Below, one piece after another: positions 1 to 15,100 of a stretch of 64,000 nucleotides of DNA (positions are counted from its first letter, which is position 1; every line of letters begins with the position of its first letter). This DNA comes from Eledone cirrhosa. Its lineage: Eukaryota. Under the pieces are notes generated by a model that saw only the letters and a list, made by a program, of their open reading frames with translations, was not told the origin of the DNA and made no database searches. Position numbers and translations under genes: made by a program. Location: NCBI GenBank assembly GCA_964016885.1, contig OZ024743.1, positions 175,584,001-175,648,000 of the forward strand. Direction: 5' to 3'.

Positions 1-46
1 TTTTCGGCGGGATCGGATTGAAAATCTAGATGTCTGATTTTGAGTT

Positions 47-125
47 TGTCTCCTGATGAATCCTAACTCAGGACATTCCTATTATTTGGATGTCTAAAAA
101 TAAGGATGAAACCATGGTAGAGATA
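47..125 (+). ncRNA. Type I hammerhead ribozyme (representative copy; repeated once per monomer)
   Basis: Stem I TGTCTC(47-52)/GAGATA(120-125); core CTGATGA(53-59); stem II ATCCT(60-64)/AGGAT(103-107) extended by GGACAT(T)CC/GGATGTCT(71-95); GAAA(108-111); stem III palindrome ACCATGGT(111-118); cleavage triplet GTA(117-119). Confidence 0.9.
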
Positions 126-3100
126 TAATTACGGTATGTACGCATATCTTCTAATTTTAATTTTACACCTAATTGTGTATGGTTGATGATATATTTAGTC
201 AATTTCTACATGCTGTCGAAATGTTGGATAAATTCTCGATTGGGGCCACCGCGAAGAGGCTACGTCCGGTTATTTGTCGGAGATTTCTCCATAAGAGCCT
301 TTCTTCTTATAGCTTGATCTAATTGATTTTTTATATGGTTAATTATGCTAATTAGAAGAAGAAATAGTATATATTTTATCTGATGATTCTAAAGACATGA
401 TTTATGATATATTGCTCTGATTTTTTAATTTATTATTTCTTCATAGAGCTTAAAAGTGACCAGTTGCAACATGTATATATCTATAACTTTATGTATATGT
501 TAACCTTTATATTTAATAATCTCCCAATGCGTTGAGATTAAATTTGGCTGCGCTTTCTAGCAGCAAGCCTACCCGCTGTAAGCAACCAATCACATTCTTT
601 CTGACTTGACCACAGCCACGTAGCGATTCTTAGCCATTTTTTAATCTATTTTCGGCGGGATCGGATTGAAAAACTAGATGTCTGATTATGAGTTTGTCTC
701 CTGATGAATCCTAACTCAGGACATTCCTATTATTTGGATGTCTAAAAATAAGGATGAAACCATGGTAGAGATATAATTACGGTATGTACGCATTTCTTCT
801 AAGTTCAATTTTACACCTAATTGAGTATGGTAGATGATATATTTAGTCAATTTCTACATGCTGTCGAAATGTTGGATAAATTTATGTTTGGGGCCACCGC
901 GAAGAGGCTACGTTCGGTTATTTGTCGGAGATTTCGCCATAAGAGCCTTTCTTCTTATAGCTTGATCTAATTGATTTTTTTATATGGTTAATTATGCTAA
1001 TTAGAAGAAGAAATAGTATATATTTTATCTGATGATTCTAAAGACATGATTTATGATATATTGCTCTGATTTTGTAATTTATTAATTCTTCATGGTGCTT
1101 AAAAGTGACCAGTTGCAACATGTATATATCTATAACTTTATGTATATGTTAACCTTTATATTTAATAATCTTCCGAAAGGTTGAGATTAAATTTGGCGAT
1201 AATTGGCTGAGCTTTCTAGCAGCAAGCCTACCCGCCGTAAGCAAACAATCACATTCTTTCTGGCTTAACCACAGCCACATAGCGATTCTTAGACATTTTT
1301 GAATCTATTTTCGGCGGGATCGGATTGAAAAAATAGATGTCTGATTTTGAGTTTGTCTCCTGATGAATCTAACTCAGGACATTCCTATTATTTGGATGTC
1401 TAAAAATAAGGATGAAACCATGGTAGAGATATAATTACGGTATGTACGCATTTCTTCTGAGTTTAATTTTACACCTAATTGTGTATGGTTGATGATATAT
1501 TTAGTCAATTTCTACATGCTGTCGAAATGTTGGATAAATTCTCGATTGGGACCACCGCGAAGAGGCTACGTTCGGTTATTTGTCGGAGATTTCTCCATAA
1601 GAGCCTTTCTTCTAATAGCTTGATCTAATTGATTTTTTATATGGTTAATTATGCTAATTAGAAGAAGAAATAGTATATATTTTATCTGATGATTCTAAAG
1701 ACATGATTTGTGATATATTGCTCTGATTTTTTAATTTATTAATTCTTCATAGAGCTTAAAAGTGACCAGTTGCAACATGTGTATATCTATAACTTTATGT
1801 ATATGTTAACCTTTATATTTAATAATCTCCCGATGCGTTGAGATTAAATTTGGCTGCGCTTTCTAGCAGCAAGCCTACCCTCCGTAAGCAACCAATCACA
1901 TTCTTTCTGACTTGACCACAGCCACGTAGCGATTCTTAGCCATTTTTGAATCTATTTTCGGCGGGATCGGATTGAAAAACTAGATGACTGATTTTGAGTT
2001 TGTCGCCTGATGAATCCAAACTCAGGACATTCCTATTATTTGGATGTCTAAAAATAAGGATGAAACCATGGTAGAGATATAATTACGGTATGTACGCATA
2101 TCTTCTAATTTTAATTTTACACCTAATTGTGTATGGTTGATGATATATTTAGTTAATTTCTACATGCTGTCGAAATGTTGGATAAATTCTCGTTTGTGGC
2201 CACCGCGAAGAGGCTACGTTCGGTTATTTGTCGGAGAATTCTCCATAAGAGCCTTTCTTCTTATAGCTTGATCTATTTGATTTTTTTATATGGTTAATTA
2301 TGCTAATTAGAAGAAGAAATAGTATATATTTTATCTGATGATTCTAAAGACATGATTTGTGATATATTGCTCTGATTTTTTAATTTATTAATTCTTCATA
2401 GAGCTTAAAAGTGACCAGTTGCAACATGTGTATATCTATAACTTTATGTATATGTTAACCTTTATATTTAATAATCTCACGATGCGTTGAGATTAAATTT
2501 GGCTGCGCTTTCTAGCAGCAAGCCTACCCTCTGTAAGCAACCAATCACATTCTTTCTGACTTGACCACAGCCACGTAGCGATTCTTAGCCATTTTTGAAT
2601 CTATTTTCGGCGGGATCGGATTGAAAAACTAGATGACTGATTTTGAGTTTGTCGCCTGATGAATCCAAACTCAGGACATTCCTATTATTTGGATGTCTAA
2701 AAATAAGGATGAAACCATGGTAGAGATATAATTACGGTATGTACGCATATCTTCTAATTTTAATTTTACACCTAATTGTGTATGGTTGATGATATATTTA
2801 GTTAATTTCTACATGCTGTCGAAATGTTGGATAAATTCTCGTTTGTGGCCACCGCGAAGAGGCTACGTTCGGTTATTTGTCGGAGAATTCTCCATAAGAG
2901 CCTTTCTTCTTATAGCTTGATCTATTTGATTTTTTTATATGGTTAATTATGCTAATTAGAAGAAGAAATAGTATATATTTTATCTGATGATTCTAAAGAC
3001 ATGATTTGTGATATATTGCTCTGATTTTTTAATTTATTAATTCTTCATAGAGCTTAAAAGTGACCAGTTGCAACATGTGTATATCTATAACTTTATGTAT

Positions 3101-6100
3101 ATGTTAACCTTTATATTTAATAATCTCACGATGCGTTGAGATTAAATTTGGCTGCGCTTTCTAGCAGCAAGCCTACCCTCTGTAAGCAACCAATCACATT
3201 CTTTCTGACTTGACCACAGCCACGTAGCGATTCTTAGCCATTTTTGAATCTATTTTCGGCGGGATCGGATTGAAAAACTAGATGACTGATTTTGAGTTTG
3301 TCGCCTGATGAATCCAAACTCAGGACATTCCTATTATTTGGATGTCTAAAAATAAGGATGAAACCATGGTAGAGATATAATTACGGTATGTACGCATATC
3401 TTCTAATTTTAATTTTACACCTAATTGTGTATGGTTGATGATATATTTAGTTAATTTCTACATGCTGTCGAAATGTTGGATAAATTCTCGTTTGGGGCCA
3501 CCGCGAAGAGGCTACGTTCGGTTATTTGTCGGAGAATTCTCCATAAGAGCCTTTCTTCTTATAGCTTGATCTATTTGATTTTTTTATATGGTTAATTATG
3601 CTAATTAGAAGAAGAAATAGTATATATTTTATCTGATGATTCTAAAGACATGGTTTGTGATATATTGCTCTGATTTTGTAATTTATTAATTCTTCATAGA
3701 GCTTAAAAGTGACCAGTTGCAACATGTGTATATCTATAACTTTATGTATATGTTAACCTTTATATTTAATAATCTCCCGATGCGTTGAGATTAAATTTGG
3801 CTGCGCTTTCTAGCAGCAAGCCTACCCTCCGTAAGCAACCAATCACATTCTTTCTGACTTGACCACAGCCACGTAGCGATTCTTAGCCATTTTTGAATCT
3901 ATTTTCGGCGGGATCGGATTGAAAAACTAGATGACTGATTTTGAGTTTGTCGCCTGATGAATCCAAACTCAGGACATTCCTATTATTTGGATGTCTAAAA
4001 ATAAGGATGAAACCATGGTAGAGATATAATTACGGTATGTACGCATATCTTCTAATTTTAATTTTACACCTAATTGTGTATGGTTGATGATATATTTAGT
4101 TAATTTCTACATGCTGTCGAAATGTTGGATAAATTCTCGTTTGGGGCCACCGCGAAGAGGCTACGTTCGGTTATTTATCGGAAATTTCGCCATAAGAGCC
4201 TTTCTTCTTATAGCTTGATCTAATTGATTTTTTTATATGGTTAATTATGCTAATTAGAAGAAGAAATAGTATATATTTTATCTGATGATTCTAAAGACAT
4301 GATTTATGATATATTGCTCTGATTTTGTAATTTATTAATTCTTCATGGTGCTTAAAAGTGACCAGTTGCAACATGTATATATCTATAACTTTATGTATAT
4401 GTTAACCTTTATATTTAATAATCTCCCGATAGGTTGAGATTAAATTTGGCGATAATTGGCTGCGCTTTCTAGCAGCAAGCCTACCCGCCGTAAGCAACCA
4501 ATCACATTCTTTCTGGCTTGACCACAGCCACATAGCGATTCTTAGCCATTTTTGAATCTATTTTCGGCGGGATCGGATTGAAAAACTAGATGTCTGATTT
4601 TGAGTTTGTCGCCTGATGAATCCTAACACAGGACATTCCTATTATTTGGATGTCTAAAAATAAGGATGAAACCATGGTAGAGATATAATTACGGTATGTA
4701 CGCATTTCTTCTAAGTTTAATTTTACACCTAATTGTGTATGGTTGATGATATATTTAGTCCATTTCTATGCTGTCGAAATGTTGGATAATTTCTCGATTG
4801 GGGCCACCGCGAAGAGGCTACGTTCGGTTATTTGTCGGAGATTTCTCCATAAGAGCCTTTCTTCTTATAGCTTGATCTAATTGATTTTTTATATGGTTAA
4901 TTATGCTAATTAGAAGAAGAAATAGTATATATTTTATCTGATGAATCTAATGACATGATTTATGATATATTGCTCTGATTTTGTAATTTATTAATTCTTC
5001 ATGGAGCTTAAAAGTGACCAGTTGCAACATGTATATATCTATAACTTTATGTATATGTTAACCTTTATATTTAATAATCTCCCGAAAGGTTGAGATTAAA
5101 TTTGGCGATAATTGGCTGCGCTTTCTAGCAGCAAGCCTACCCGCCGTAAGCAACTAATCACATTCTTTCTGGCTTGACCACAGCCACATAGCGATTCTTA
5201 GACATTTTTGAATCTATTTTCGGCGGGATCGGATTGAAAAAATAGATGTCTGATTTTGAGTTTGTCTCCTGATGAATCTAACTCAGGACATTCCTATTAT
5301 TTGGATGTCTAAAAATAAGGATGAAACCATGGTAGAGATATAATTACGGTATGTACGCATTTCTTCTAAGTTTAATTTTACACCTAATTGTGTATGGTTG
5401 ATGATATATTTAGTCAATTTCTACATGCTGTCGAAATGTTGGATAAATTCTCGATTGGGACCACCGCGAAGAGGCTACGTTCGGTTATTTGTCGGAGATT
5501 TCTCCATAAGAGCCTTTCTTCTAATAGCTTGATCTAATTGATTTTTTATATGGTTAATTATGCTAATTAGAAGAAGAAATAGTATATATTTTATCTGATG
5601 ATTCTAAAGACATGATTTATGATATATTGCTCTGATTTTTTAATTTATTATTTCTTCATAGAGCTTAAAAGTGACCAGTTGCAACATGTATATATCTATA
5701 ACTTTATGTATATGTTAACCTTTATATTTAATAATCTCCGAATGCGTTGAGATTAAATTTGTCTGCGCTTTCTAGCTAGAAGCCTACCCGTTGTAAGCAA
5801 CCAATCACATTCTTTCTGACTTGACCACAGCCACGTAGCGATTCTTAGCCATTTTTTAATCTATTTTCGGCGGGATCGGATTGAAAAACTAGATGTCTGA
5901 TTATGAGTTTGTCTCCTGATGAATCCTAACTCAGGACATTCCTATTATTTGGATGTCTAAAAATAAGGATGAAACCATGGTAGAGATATAATTACGGTAT
6001 GTACGCATTTCTTCTAAGTTCAATTTTACACCTAATTGAGTATGGTTGATGATATATTTAGTCAATTTCTACATGCTGTCGAAATGTTGGATAAATTTAT

Positions 6101-9100
6101 GTTTGGGGCCACCGCGAAGAGGCTACGTTCGGTTATTTGTCGGAGATTTCGCCATAAGAGCCTTTCTTCTTATAGCTTGATCTAATTGATTTTTTTATAT
6201 GGTTAATTATGCTAATTAGAAGAAGAAATAGTATATATTTTATCTGATGATTCTAAAGACATGATTTATGATATATTGCTCTGATTTTGTAATTTATTAA
6301 TTCTTCATGGTGCTTAAAAGTGACCAGTTGCAACATGTATATATCTATAACTTTATGTATATGTTAACCTTTATATTTAATAATCTTCCGAAAGGTTGAG
6401 ATTAAATTTGGCGATAATTGGCTGAGCTTTCTAGCAGCAAGCCTACCCGCCGTAAGCAAACAATCACATTCTTTCTGGCTTAACCACAGCCACATAGCGA
6501 TTCTTAGACATTTTTGAATCTATTTTCGGCGGGATCGGATTGAAAAAATAGATGTCTGATTTTGAGTTTGTCTCCTGATGAATCTAACTCAGGACATTCC
6601 TATTATTTGGATGTCTAAAAATAAGGATGAAACCATGGTAGAGATATAATTACGGTATGTACGCATTTCTTCTGAGTTTAATTTTACACCTAATTGTGTA
6701 TGGTTGATGATATATTTAGTCAATTTCTACATGCTGTCGAAATGTTGGATAAATTCTCGATTGGGACCACCGCGAAGAGGCTACGTTCGGTTATTTGTCG
6801 GAGATTTCTCCATAAGAGCCTTTCTTCTAATAGCTTGATCTAATTGATTTTTTATATGGTTAATTATGCTAATTAGAAGAAGAAATAGTATATATTTTAT
6901 CTGATGATTCTAAAGACATGATTTGTGATATATTGCTCTGATTTTTTAATTTATTAATTCTTCATAGAGCTTAAAAGTGACCAGTTGCAACATGTGTATA
7001 TCTATAACTTTATGTATATGTTAACCTTTATATTTAATAATCTCCGGATGCGTTGAGATTAAATTTGGCTGCGCTTTCTAGCAGCAAGCCTACCCTCCGT
7101 AAGCAACCAATCACATTCTTTCTGACTTGACCACAGCCACGTAGCGATTCTTAGCCATTTTTGAATCTATTTTCGGCGGGATCGGATTGAAAAACTAGAT
7201 GACTGATTTTGAGTTTGTCGCCTGATGAATCCAAACTCAGGACATTCCTATTATTTGGATGTCTAAAAATAAGGATGAAACCATGGTAGAGATATAATTA
7301 CGGTATGTACGCATATCTTCTAATTTTAATTTTACACCTAATTGTGTATGGTTGATGATATATTTAGTTAATTTCTACATGCTGTCGAAATGTTGGATAA
7401 ATTCTCGTTTGTGGCCACCGCGAAGAGGCTACGTTCGGTTATTTGTCGGAGAATTCTCCATAAGAGCCTTTCTTCTTATAGCTTGATCTATTTGATTTTT
7501 TTATATGGTTAATTATGCTAATTAGAAGAAGAAATAGTATATATTTTATCTGATGATTCTAAAGACATGATTTGTGATATATTGCTCTGATTTTTTAATT
7601 TATTAATTCTTCATAGAGCTTAAAAGTGACCAGTTGCAACATGTGTATATCTATAACTTTATGTATATGTTAACCTTTATATTTAATAATCTCCCGATGC
7701 GTTGAGATTAAATTTGGCTGCGCTTTCTAGCAGCAAGCCTACCCTCCGTAAGCAACCAATCACATTCTTTCTGACTTGACCACAGCCACGTAGCGATTCT
7801 TAGCCATTTTTGAATCTATTTTCGGCGGGATCGGATTGAAAAACTAGATGACTGATTTTGAGTTTGTCGCCTGATGAATCCAAACTCAGGACATTCCTAT
7901 TATTTGGATGTCTAAAAATAAGGATGAAACCATGGTAGAGATATAATTACGGTATGTACGCATATCTTCTAATTTTAATTTTACACCTAATTGTGTATGG
8001 TTGATGATATATTTAGTTAATTTCTACATGCTGTCGAAATGTTGGATAAATTCTCGTTTGGGGCCACCGCGAAGAGGCTACGTTCGGTTATTTGTCGGAA
8101 ATTTCGCCATAAGAGCCTTTCTTCTTATAGCTTGATCTAATTGATTTTTTTATATGGTTAATTATGCTAATTAGAAGAAGAAATAGTATATATTTTATCT
8201 GATGATTCTAAAGACATGATTTATGATATATTGCTCTGATTTTGTAATTTATTAATTCTTCATGGTGCTTAAAAGTGACCAGTTGCAACATGTATATATC
8301 TATAACTTTATGTATATGTTAACCTTTATATTTAATAATCTTCCGAAAGATTGAGATTAAATTTGGCGATAATTGGCTGAGCTTTCTAGCAGCAAGCCTA
8401 CCCGCCGTAAGCAAACAATCGCATTCTTTCTGGCTTGACCACAGCCACGTAGCGATTCTTAGCCATTTTTGAATCTATTTTCGGCGGGATCGGATTGAAA
8501 AACTAGATGACTGATTTTGAGTTTGTCGCCTGATGAATCCAAACTCAGGACATTCCTATTATTTGGATGTCTAAAAATAAGGATGAAACCATGGTAGAGA
8601 TATAATTACGGTATGTACGCATTTCTTCTAAGTTTAATTTTACAGCTAATTGTGTATGGTTGATGATATATTTAGTCAATTTCTACATGCTGTCGAAATG
8701 TTGGATAAATTCTCGATTGGGACCACCGCGAAGAGGCTACGTTCGGTTATTTGTCGGAGATTTCTCCATAAGAGCCTTTCTTCTAATAGCTTGATCTAAT
8801 TGATTTTTTATATGGTTAATTATGCTAATTAGAAGAAGAAATAGTATATATTTTATCTGATGATTCTAAAGACATGATTTGTGATATATTGCTCTGATTT
8901 TTTAATTTATTATTTCTTCATAGAGCTTAAAAGTGACCAGTTGCAACATGTATATATCTATAACTTTATGTATATGTTAACCTTTATATTTAATAATCTC
9001 CGAATTCGTTGAGATTAAATTTGGCTGCGCTTTATAGCAGCAAGCCTACCCGCTGTAAGCAACCAATCACATTCTTTCTGACTTGACCACAGCCACGTAG

Positions 9101-12100
9101 CGATTCTTAGCCATTTTTGAATCTATTTTCAGCGGGATCGGATCGAAAAACTAGATGTCTGATTTTGAGTTTGTCTCCTGATGAATCCTAACTCAGGACA
9201 TTCCTATTATTTGGATGTCTAAAAATAAGGATGAAACCATGGTAGAGATATAATTACGGTATGTACGCATTTCTTCTAAGTTTAATTTCACACCTAATTG
9301 TGTATGGTTGATAATATATTTAGTCAATTTCTACATGCCGTCGAAATGTTGGATAAATTCTCGATTGGGGCCACCGCGAGGAGGCTACGTTCGGTTATTT
9401 GTCGGAGAATTCTCCATAAGAGCCTTTCTTCTTATAGCTTGATCTAATTGATTTTTTTATATGGTTAATTATGCTAATTAGAAGAAGAAATAGTATATAT
9501 TTTATCTGATGATTCTAAAGACATGATTTATGATATATTGCTCTGATTTTTTAATTTATTAATTCTTCATAGAGCTTAAAAGTGACCAGTTGCAACATGT
9601 GTATATCTATAACTTTATGTATATGTTAACCTTTATATTTAATAATCTCCCGATGCGTTGAGATTAAATTTGGCTGCGCTTTCTAGCAGCAAGCCTACCC
9701 TCCGTAAGCAACCAATCACATTCTTTCTGACTTGACCACAGCCACGTAGCGATTCTTAGCCATTTTTGAATCTATTTTCGGCGGGATCGGATTGAAAAAC
9801 TAGATGTCTGATTATGAGTTTGTCTCCTGATGAATCCTAACTCAGGACATTCCTATTATTTGGATGTCTAAAAATAAGGATGAAACCATGGTAGAGATAT
9901 AATTACGGTATGTACGCATTTCTTCTAAGTTTAATTTTACACCTAATTGTGTATGGTTGATGATATATTTAGTCAATTTCTACATGCTGTCGAAATGTTG
10001 GATAAAGTTTTGTTTGGGGCCACCGCGAAGAGGCTACGTTCGGTTATTTGTCGGAGATTTCGCCATAAGAGCCTTTCTTCTTATAGCTTGATCTAATTGA
10101 TTTTTTTATATGGTTAATTATGCTAATTAGAAGAAGAAATAGTATATATTTTATCTGATGATTCTAAAGACATGATTTATGATATATTGCTCTGATTTTG
10201 TAATTTATTAATTCTTCATGGTGCTTAAAAGTGACCAGTTGCAACATGTATATATCTATAACTTTATGTATATGTTAACCTTTATATATAATAATCTCCC
10301 GATAGGTTGAGATTAGATTTGGCGATAATTGGCTGCGCTTTCTAGCATCAAGCCTACCCGCCGTAAGCAACCAATCACATTCTTTCTGGCTTGACCACAG
10401 CCACATAGCGATTCTTAGACATTTTTGAATCTATTTTCGGCGGGATCGGATTGAAAAACTAGATGTCTGATTTTGAGTTTGTCTTCTGATGAACCTAACT
10501 CAGGACATTCCTATTATTTGGATGCCTAAAAATAAGGATGAAACCATGGTAGAGATCTAATTACGGTATGTACGCATTTCTTCTAAGTTTAATTTTACAC
10601 CTAATTGTGTATGGTTGATGATATATTCAGTCAATTTCTACATGCTGTCGAAATGTTGGATAAATTCTCGATTGGGGCCACCGCGAAGAGGCTACGTTCG
10701 GTTATTTGTCGGAGATTTCTCCATAAGAGCCTTTCTTCTTATAGCTTGATCTAATTGATTTTTTATATGGTTAATTATGCTAATTAGAAGAAGAAATAGT
10801 ATATATTTTATCTGATGATTCTAATGACATGATTTATGATATATTGCTCTGATTTTGTAATTTATTAATTCTTCATGGAGCTTAAAAGTGACCAGTTGCA
10901 ACATGTATATATCTATAACTTTATGTATATGTTAACCTTTATATTTAATAATCTTCCGAAAGGTTGAGATTAAATTTGGCGATAATTGGCTGCGCTTTCT
11001 AGCAGCAAGCCTACCCGCCGTAAGCAAACAATCACATTCTTTCTGGCTTGACCACAGCCACATAGCGATTCTTAGACATTTTTGAATCTATTTTCGGCGG
11101 GATCGGATTGAAAAAATAGATGTCTGATTTTGAGTTTGTCTCCTGATGAATCTAACTCAGGACATTCCTATTATTTGGATGTCTAAAAATAAGGATGAAA
11201 CCATGGTAGAGATATAAGTAAGGTATGTACGCATTTCTTCTAAGTTTAATTTTACACCTAATTGTGTATGGTTGATGATATATTTAGTCAATTTCTACAT
11301 GTTGTCGAAAAGTTGGATAAATTCTCGATTGGGACCACCGCGAAGAGGCTACGTTCGGTTATTTGTCGGAGATTTCTCCATAAGAGCCTTTCTTCTAATA
11401 GCTTGATTTAATTGATTTTTTATATGGTTAATTATGCTAATTAGAAGAAGAAATAGTATATATTTTATCTGATGATTCTAAAGACATGATTTGTGATATA
11501 TTGCTCTGATTTTTTAATTTATTATTTCTTCATAGAGCTTAAAAGTGACCAGTTGCAACATGTATATATCTATAACTTTATGTATATGTTAACCTTTATA
11601 TTTAATAATCTCCGAATTCGTTGAGATTAAATTTGGTTGCGCTATATAGCAGCAAGCCTACCCTCCGTAAGCAACCAATCACATTCTTTCTGACTTGACC
11701 ACAGCCACGTAGCGATTCTTAGCCATTTTTGAATCTATTTTCGGCGGGATCGGATTGAAAAAATAGATGTCTGATTTTGAGTTTGTCTCCTGATGAATCT
11801 AACTCAGGACATTCCTATTATTTGGATGTCTAAAAATAAGGATGAAACCATGGTAGAGATATAAGTAAGGTATGTACGCATTTCTTCTAAGTTTAATTTC
11901 ACACCTAATTGTGTATGGTTGATAATATATTTAGTCAATTTCTACATGCTGTCGAAATGTTGGATAAATTCTCGATTGGGGCCACCGCGAGGAGGCTACG
12001 TTCGGTTATTTGTCGGAGAATTCTCCATAAGAGCCTTTCTTCTTATAGCTTGATCTATTTGATTTTTTTATATGGTTAATTATGCTAATTAGAAGAAGAA

Positions 12101-15100
12101 ATAGTATATATTTTATCTGATGATTCTAAAGACATGATTTATGATATATTGCTCTGATTTTTTAATTTATTAATTCTTCATAGAGCTTAAAAGTGACCAG
12201 TTGCAACATGTGTATATCTATAACTTTATGTATATGTTAACCTTTATATTTAATAATCTCCCGATGCGTTGAGATTAAATTTGGCTGCGCTTTCTAGCAG
12301 CAAGCCTACCCTCTGTAAGCAACCAATCACATTCTTTCTGACTTGACCACAGCCACGTAGCGATTCTTAGCCATTTTTGAATCTATTTTCGGCGGGATCG
12401 GATTGAAAAACTAGATGACTGATTTTGAGTTTGTCGCCTGATGAATCCAAACTCAAGACATTCCTATTATTTGGATGTCTAAAAATAAGGATGAAACCAT
12501 GGTAGAGATATAATTACGGTATGTACGCATATCTTCTAATTTTAATTTTACACCTAATTGTGTATGGTTGATGATATATTTAGTTAATTTCTACATGCTG
12601 TCGAAATGTTGGATAAATTCTCGTTTGGGGCCACCGCGAAGAGGCTACGTTCGGTTATTTGTCGGAAATTTCGCCATAAGAGCCTTTCTTCTTATAGCTT
12701 GATCTAATTGATTTTTTTATATGGTTAATTATGCTAATTAGAAGAAGAAATAGTATATATTTTATCTGATGATTCTAAAGACATGATTTATGATATATTG
12801 CTCTGATTTTGTAATTTATTAATTCTTCATGGTGCTTAAAAGTGACCAGTTGCAACATGTATATATCTATAACTTTATGTATATGTTAACCTTTATATTT
12901 AATAATCTCCCGATAGGTTGAGATTAAATTTGGCGATAATTGGCTGCGCTTTCTAGCAGCAAGCCTACCCGCCGTAAGCAACCAATCACATTCTTTCTGG
13001 CTTGACCACAGCCACATAGCGATTGTTAGACATTTTTGAATCTATTTTCGGCGGGATCGGATTGAAAAAATAGATGTCTGATTTTGAGTTTGTCTCCTGA
13101 TGAATCTAACTCAGAACATTCCTATTATTTGGATGTCTAAAAATAAGGATGAAACCATGGTAGAGATATAAGTAAGGTATGTACGCATTTCTTCTAAGTT
13201 TAATTTTACACCTAATTGTGTATGGTTGATGATATATTTAGTCAATTTCTACATGCTGTCGAAAAGTTGGATAAATTCTCGATTGGGACCACCGCGAAGA
13301 GGCTACGTTCGGTTATTTGTCGAAGATTTCTCCATAAGAGCCTTTCTTCTAATAGCTTGATCTAATTGATTTTTTATATGGTTAATTATGCTAATTAGAA
13401 GAAGAAATAGTATATATTTTATCTGATGATTCTAAAGACATGATTTGTGATATATTGCTCTGATTTTTTAATTTATTAATTCTTCATAGAGCTTAAAAGT
13501 GACCAGTTGCAACATGTGTATATCTATAACTTTATGTATATGTTAACCTTTATATTTAATAATCTCCGAATTCGTTGAGATTAAATTTGGCTGCGCTTTA
13601 TAGCAGCAAGCCTACCCGCTGTAAGCAACCAATCACATTCTTTCTGACTTGACCACAGCCACGTAGCGATTCTTAGCCATTTTTGAATCTATTTTCAGCG
13701 GGATCGGATCGAAAAACTAGATGTCTGATTTTGAGTTTGTCTCCTGATGAATCCTAACTCAGGACATTCCTATTATTTGGATGTCTAAAAATAAGGATGA
13801 AACCATGGTAGAGATATAATTACGGTATGTACGCATTTCTTCTAAGTTTAATTTCACACCTAATTGTGTATGGTTGATAATATATTTAGTCAATTTCTAC
13901 ATGCCGTCGAAATGTTGGATAAATTCTCGATTGGGGCCACCGCGAGGAGGCTACGTTCGGTTATTTGTCGGAGAATTCTCCATAAGAGCCTTTCTTCTTA
14001 TAGCTTGATCTAATTGATTTTTTTATATGGTTAATTATGCTAATTAGAAGAAGAAATAGTATATATTTTATCTGATGATTCTAAAGACATGATTTATGAT
14101 ATATTGCTCTGATTTTTTAATTTATTAATTCTTCATAGAGCTTAAAAGTGACCAGTTGCAACATGTGTATATCTATAACTTTATGTATATGTTAACCTTT
14201 ATATTTAATAATCTCCCGATGCGTTGAGATTAAATTTGGCTGCGCTTTCTAGCAGCAAGCCTACCCTCCGTAAGCAACCAATCACATTCTTTCTGACTTG
14301 ACCACAGCCACGTAGCGATTCTTAGCCATTTTTGAATCTATTTTCGGCGGGATCGGATTGAAAAACTAGATGTCTGATTATGAGTTTGTCTCCTGATGAA
14401 TCCTAACTCAGGACATTCCTATTATTTGGATGTCTAAAAATAAGGATGAAACCATGGTAGAGATATAATTACGGTATGTACGCATTTCTTCTAAGTTTAA
14501 TTTTACACCTAATTGTGTATGGTTGATGATATATTTAGTCAATTTCTACATGCTGTCGAAATGTTGGATAAAGTTTTGTTTGGGGCCACCGCGAAGAGGC
14601 TACGTTCGGTTATTTGTCGGAGATTTCGCCATAAGAGCCTTTCTTCTTATAGCTTGATCTAATTGATTTTTTTATATGGTTAATTATGCTAATTAGAAGA
14701 AGAAATAGTATATATTTTATCTGATGATTCTAAAGACATGATTTATGATATATTGCTCTGATTTTGTAATTTATTAATTCTTCATGGTGCTTAAAAGTGA
14801 CCAGTTGCAACATGTATATATCTATAACTTTATGTATATGTTAACCTTTATATATAATAATCTCCCGATAGGTTGAGATTAGATTTGGCGATAATTGGCT
14901 GCGCTTTCTAGCATCAAGCCTACCCGCCGTAAGCAACCAATCACATTCTTTCTGGCTTGACCACAGCCACATAGCGATTCTTAGACATTTTTGAATCTAT
15001 TTTCGGCGGGATCGGATTGAAAAACTAGATGTCTGATTTTGAGTTTGTCTTCTGATGAACCTAACTCAGGACATTCCTATTATTTGGATGCCTAAAAATA

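Noticed and set aside
1-12. CENP-B box-like TTCG/CGGG
   Set aside because: The spacing (TTCG-G-CGGG) does not fit the TTCG-N4-A-N2-CGGG core.
380-420. Second CTGATGA in each monomer, as a second HHR or a C/D-box snoRNA (TGATGA...CTGA)
   Set aside because: No stem II-GAAA-stem III follows. The C-to-D distance is only ~40 nt with no convincing terminal stem.
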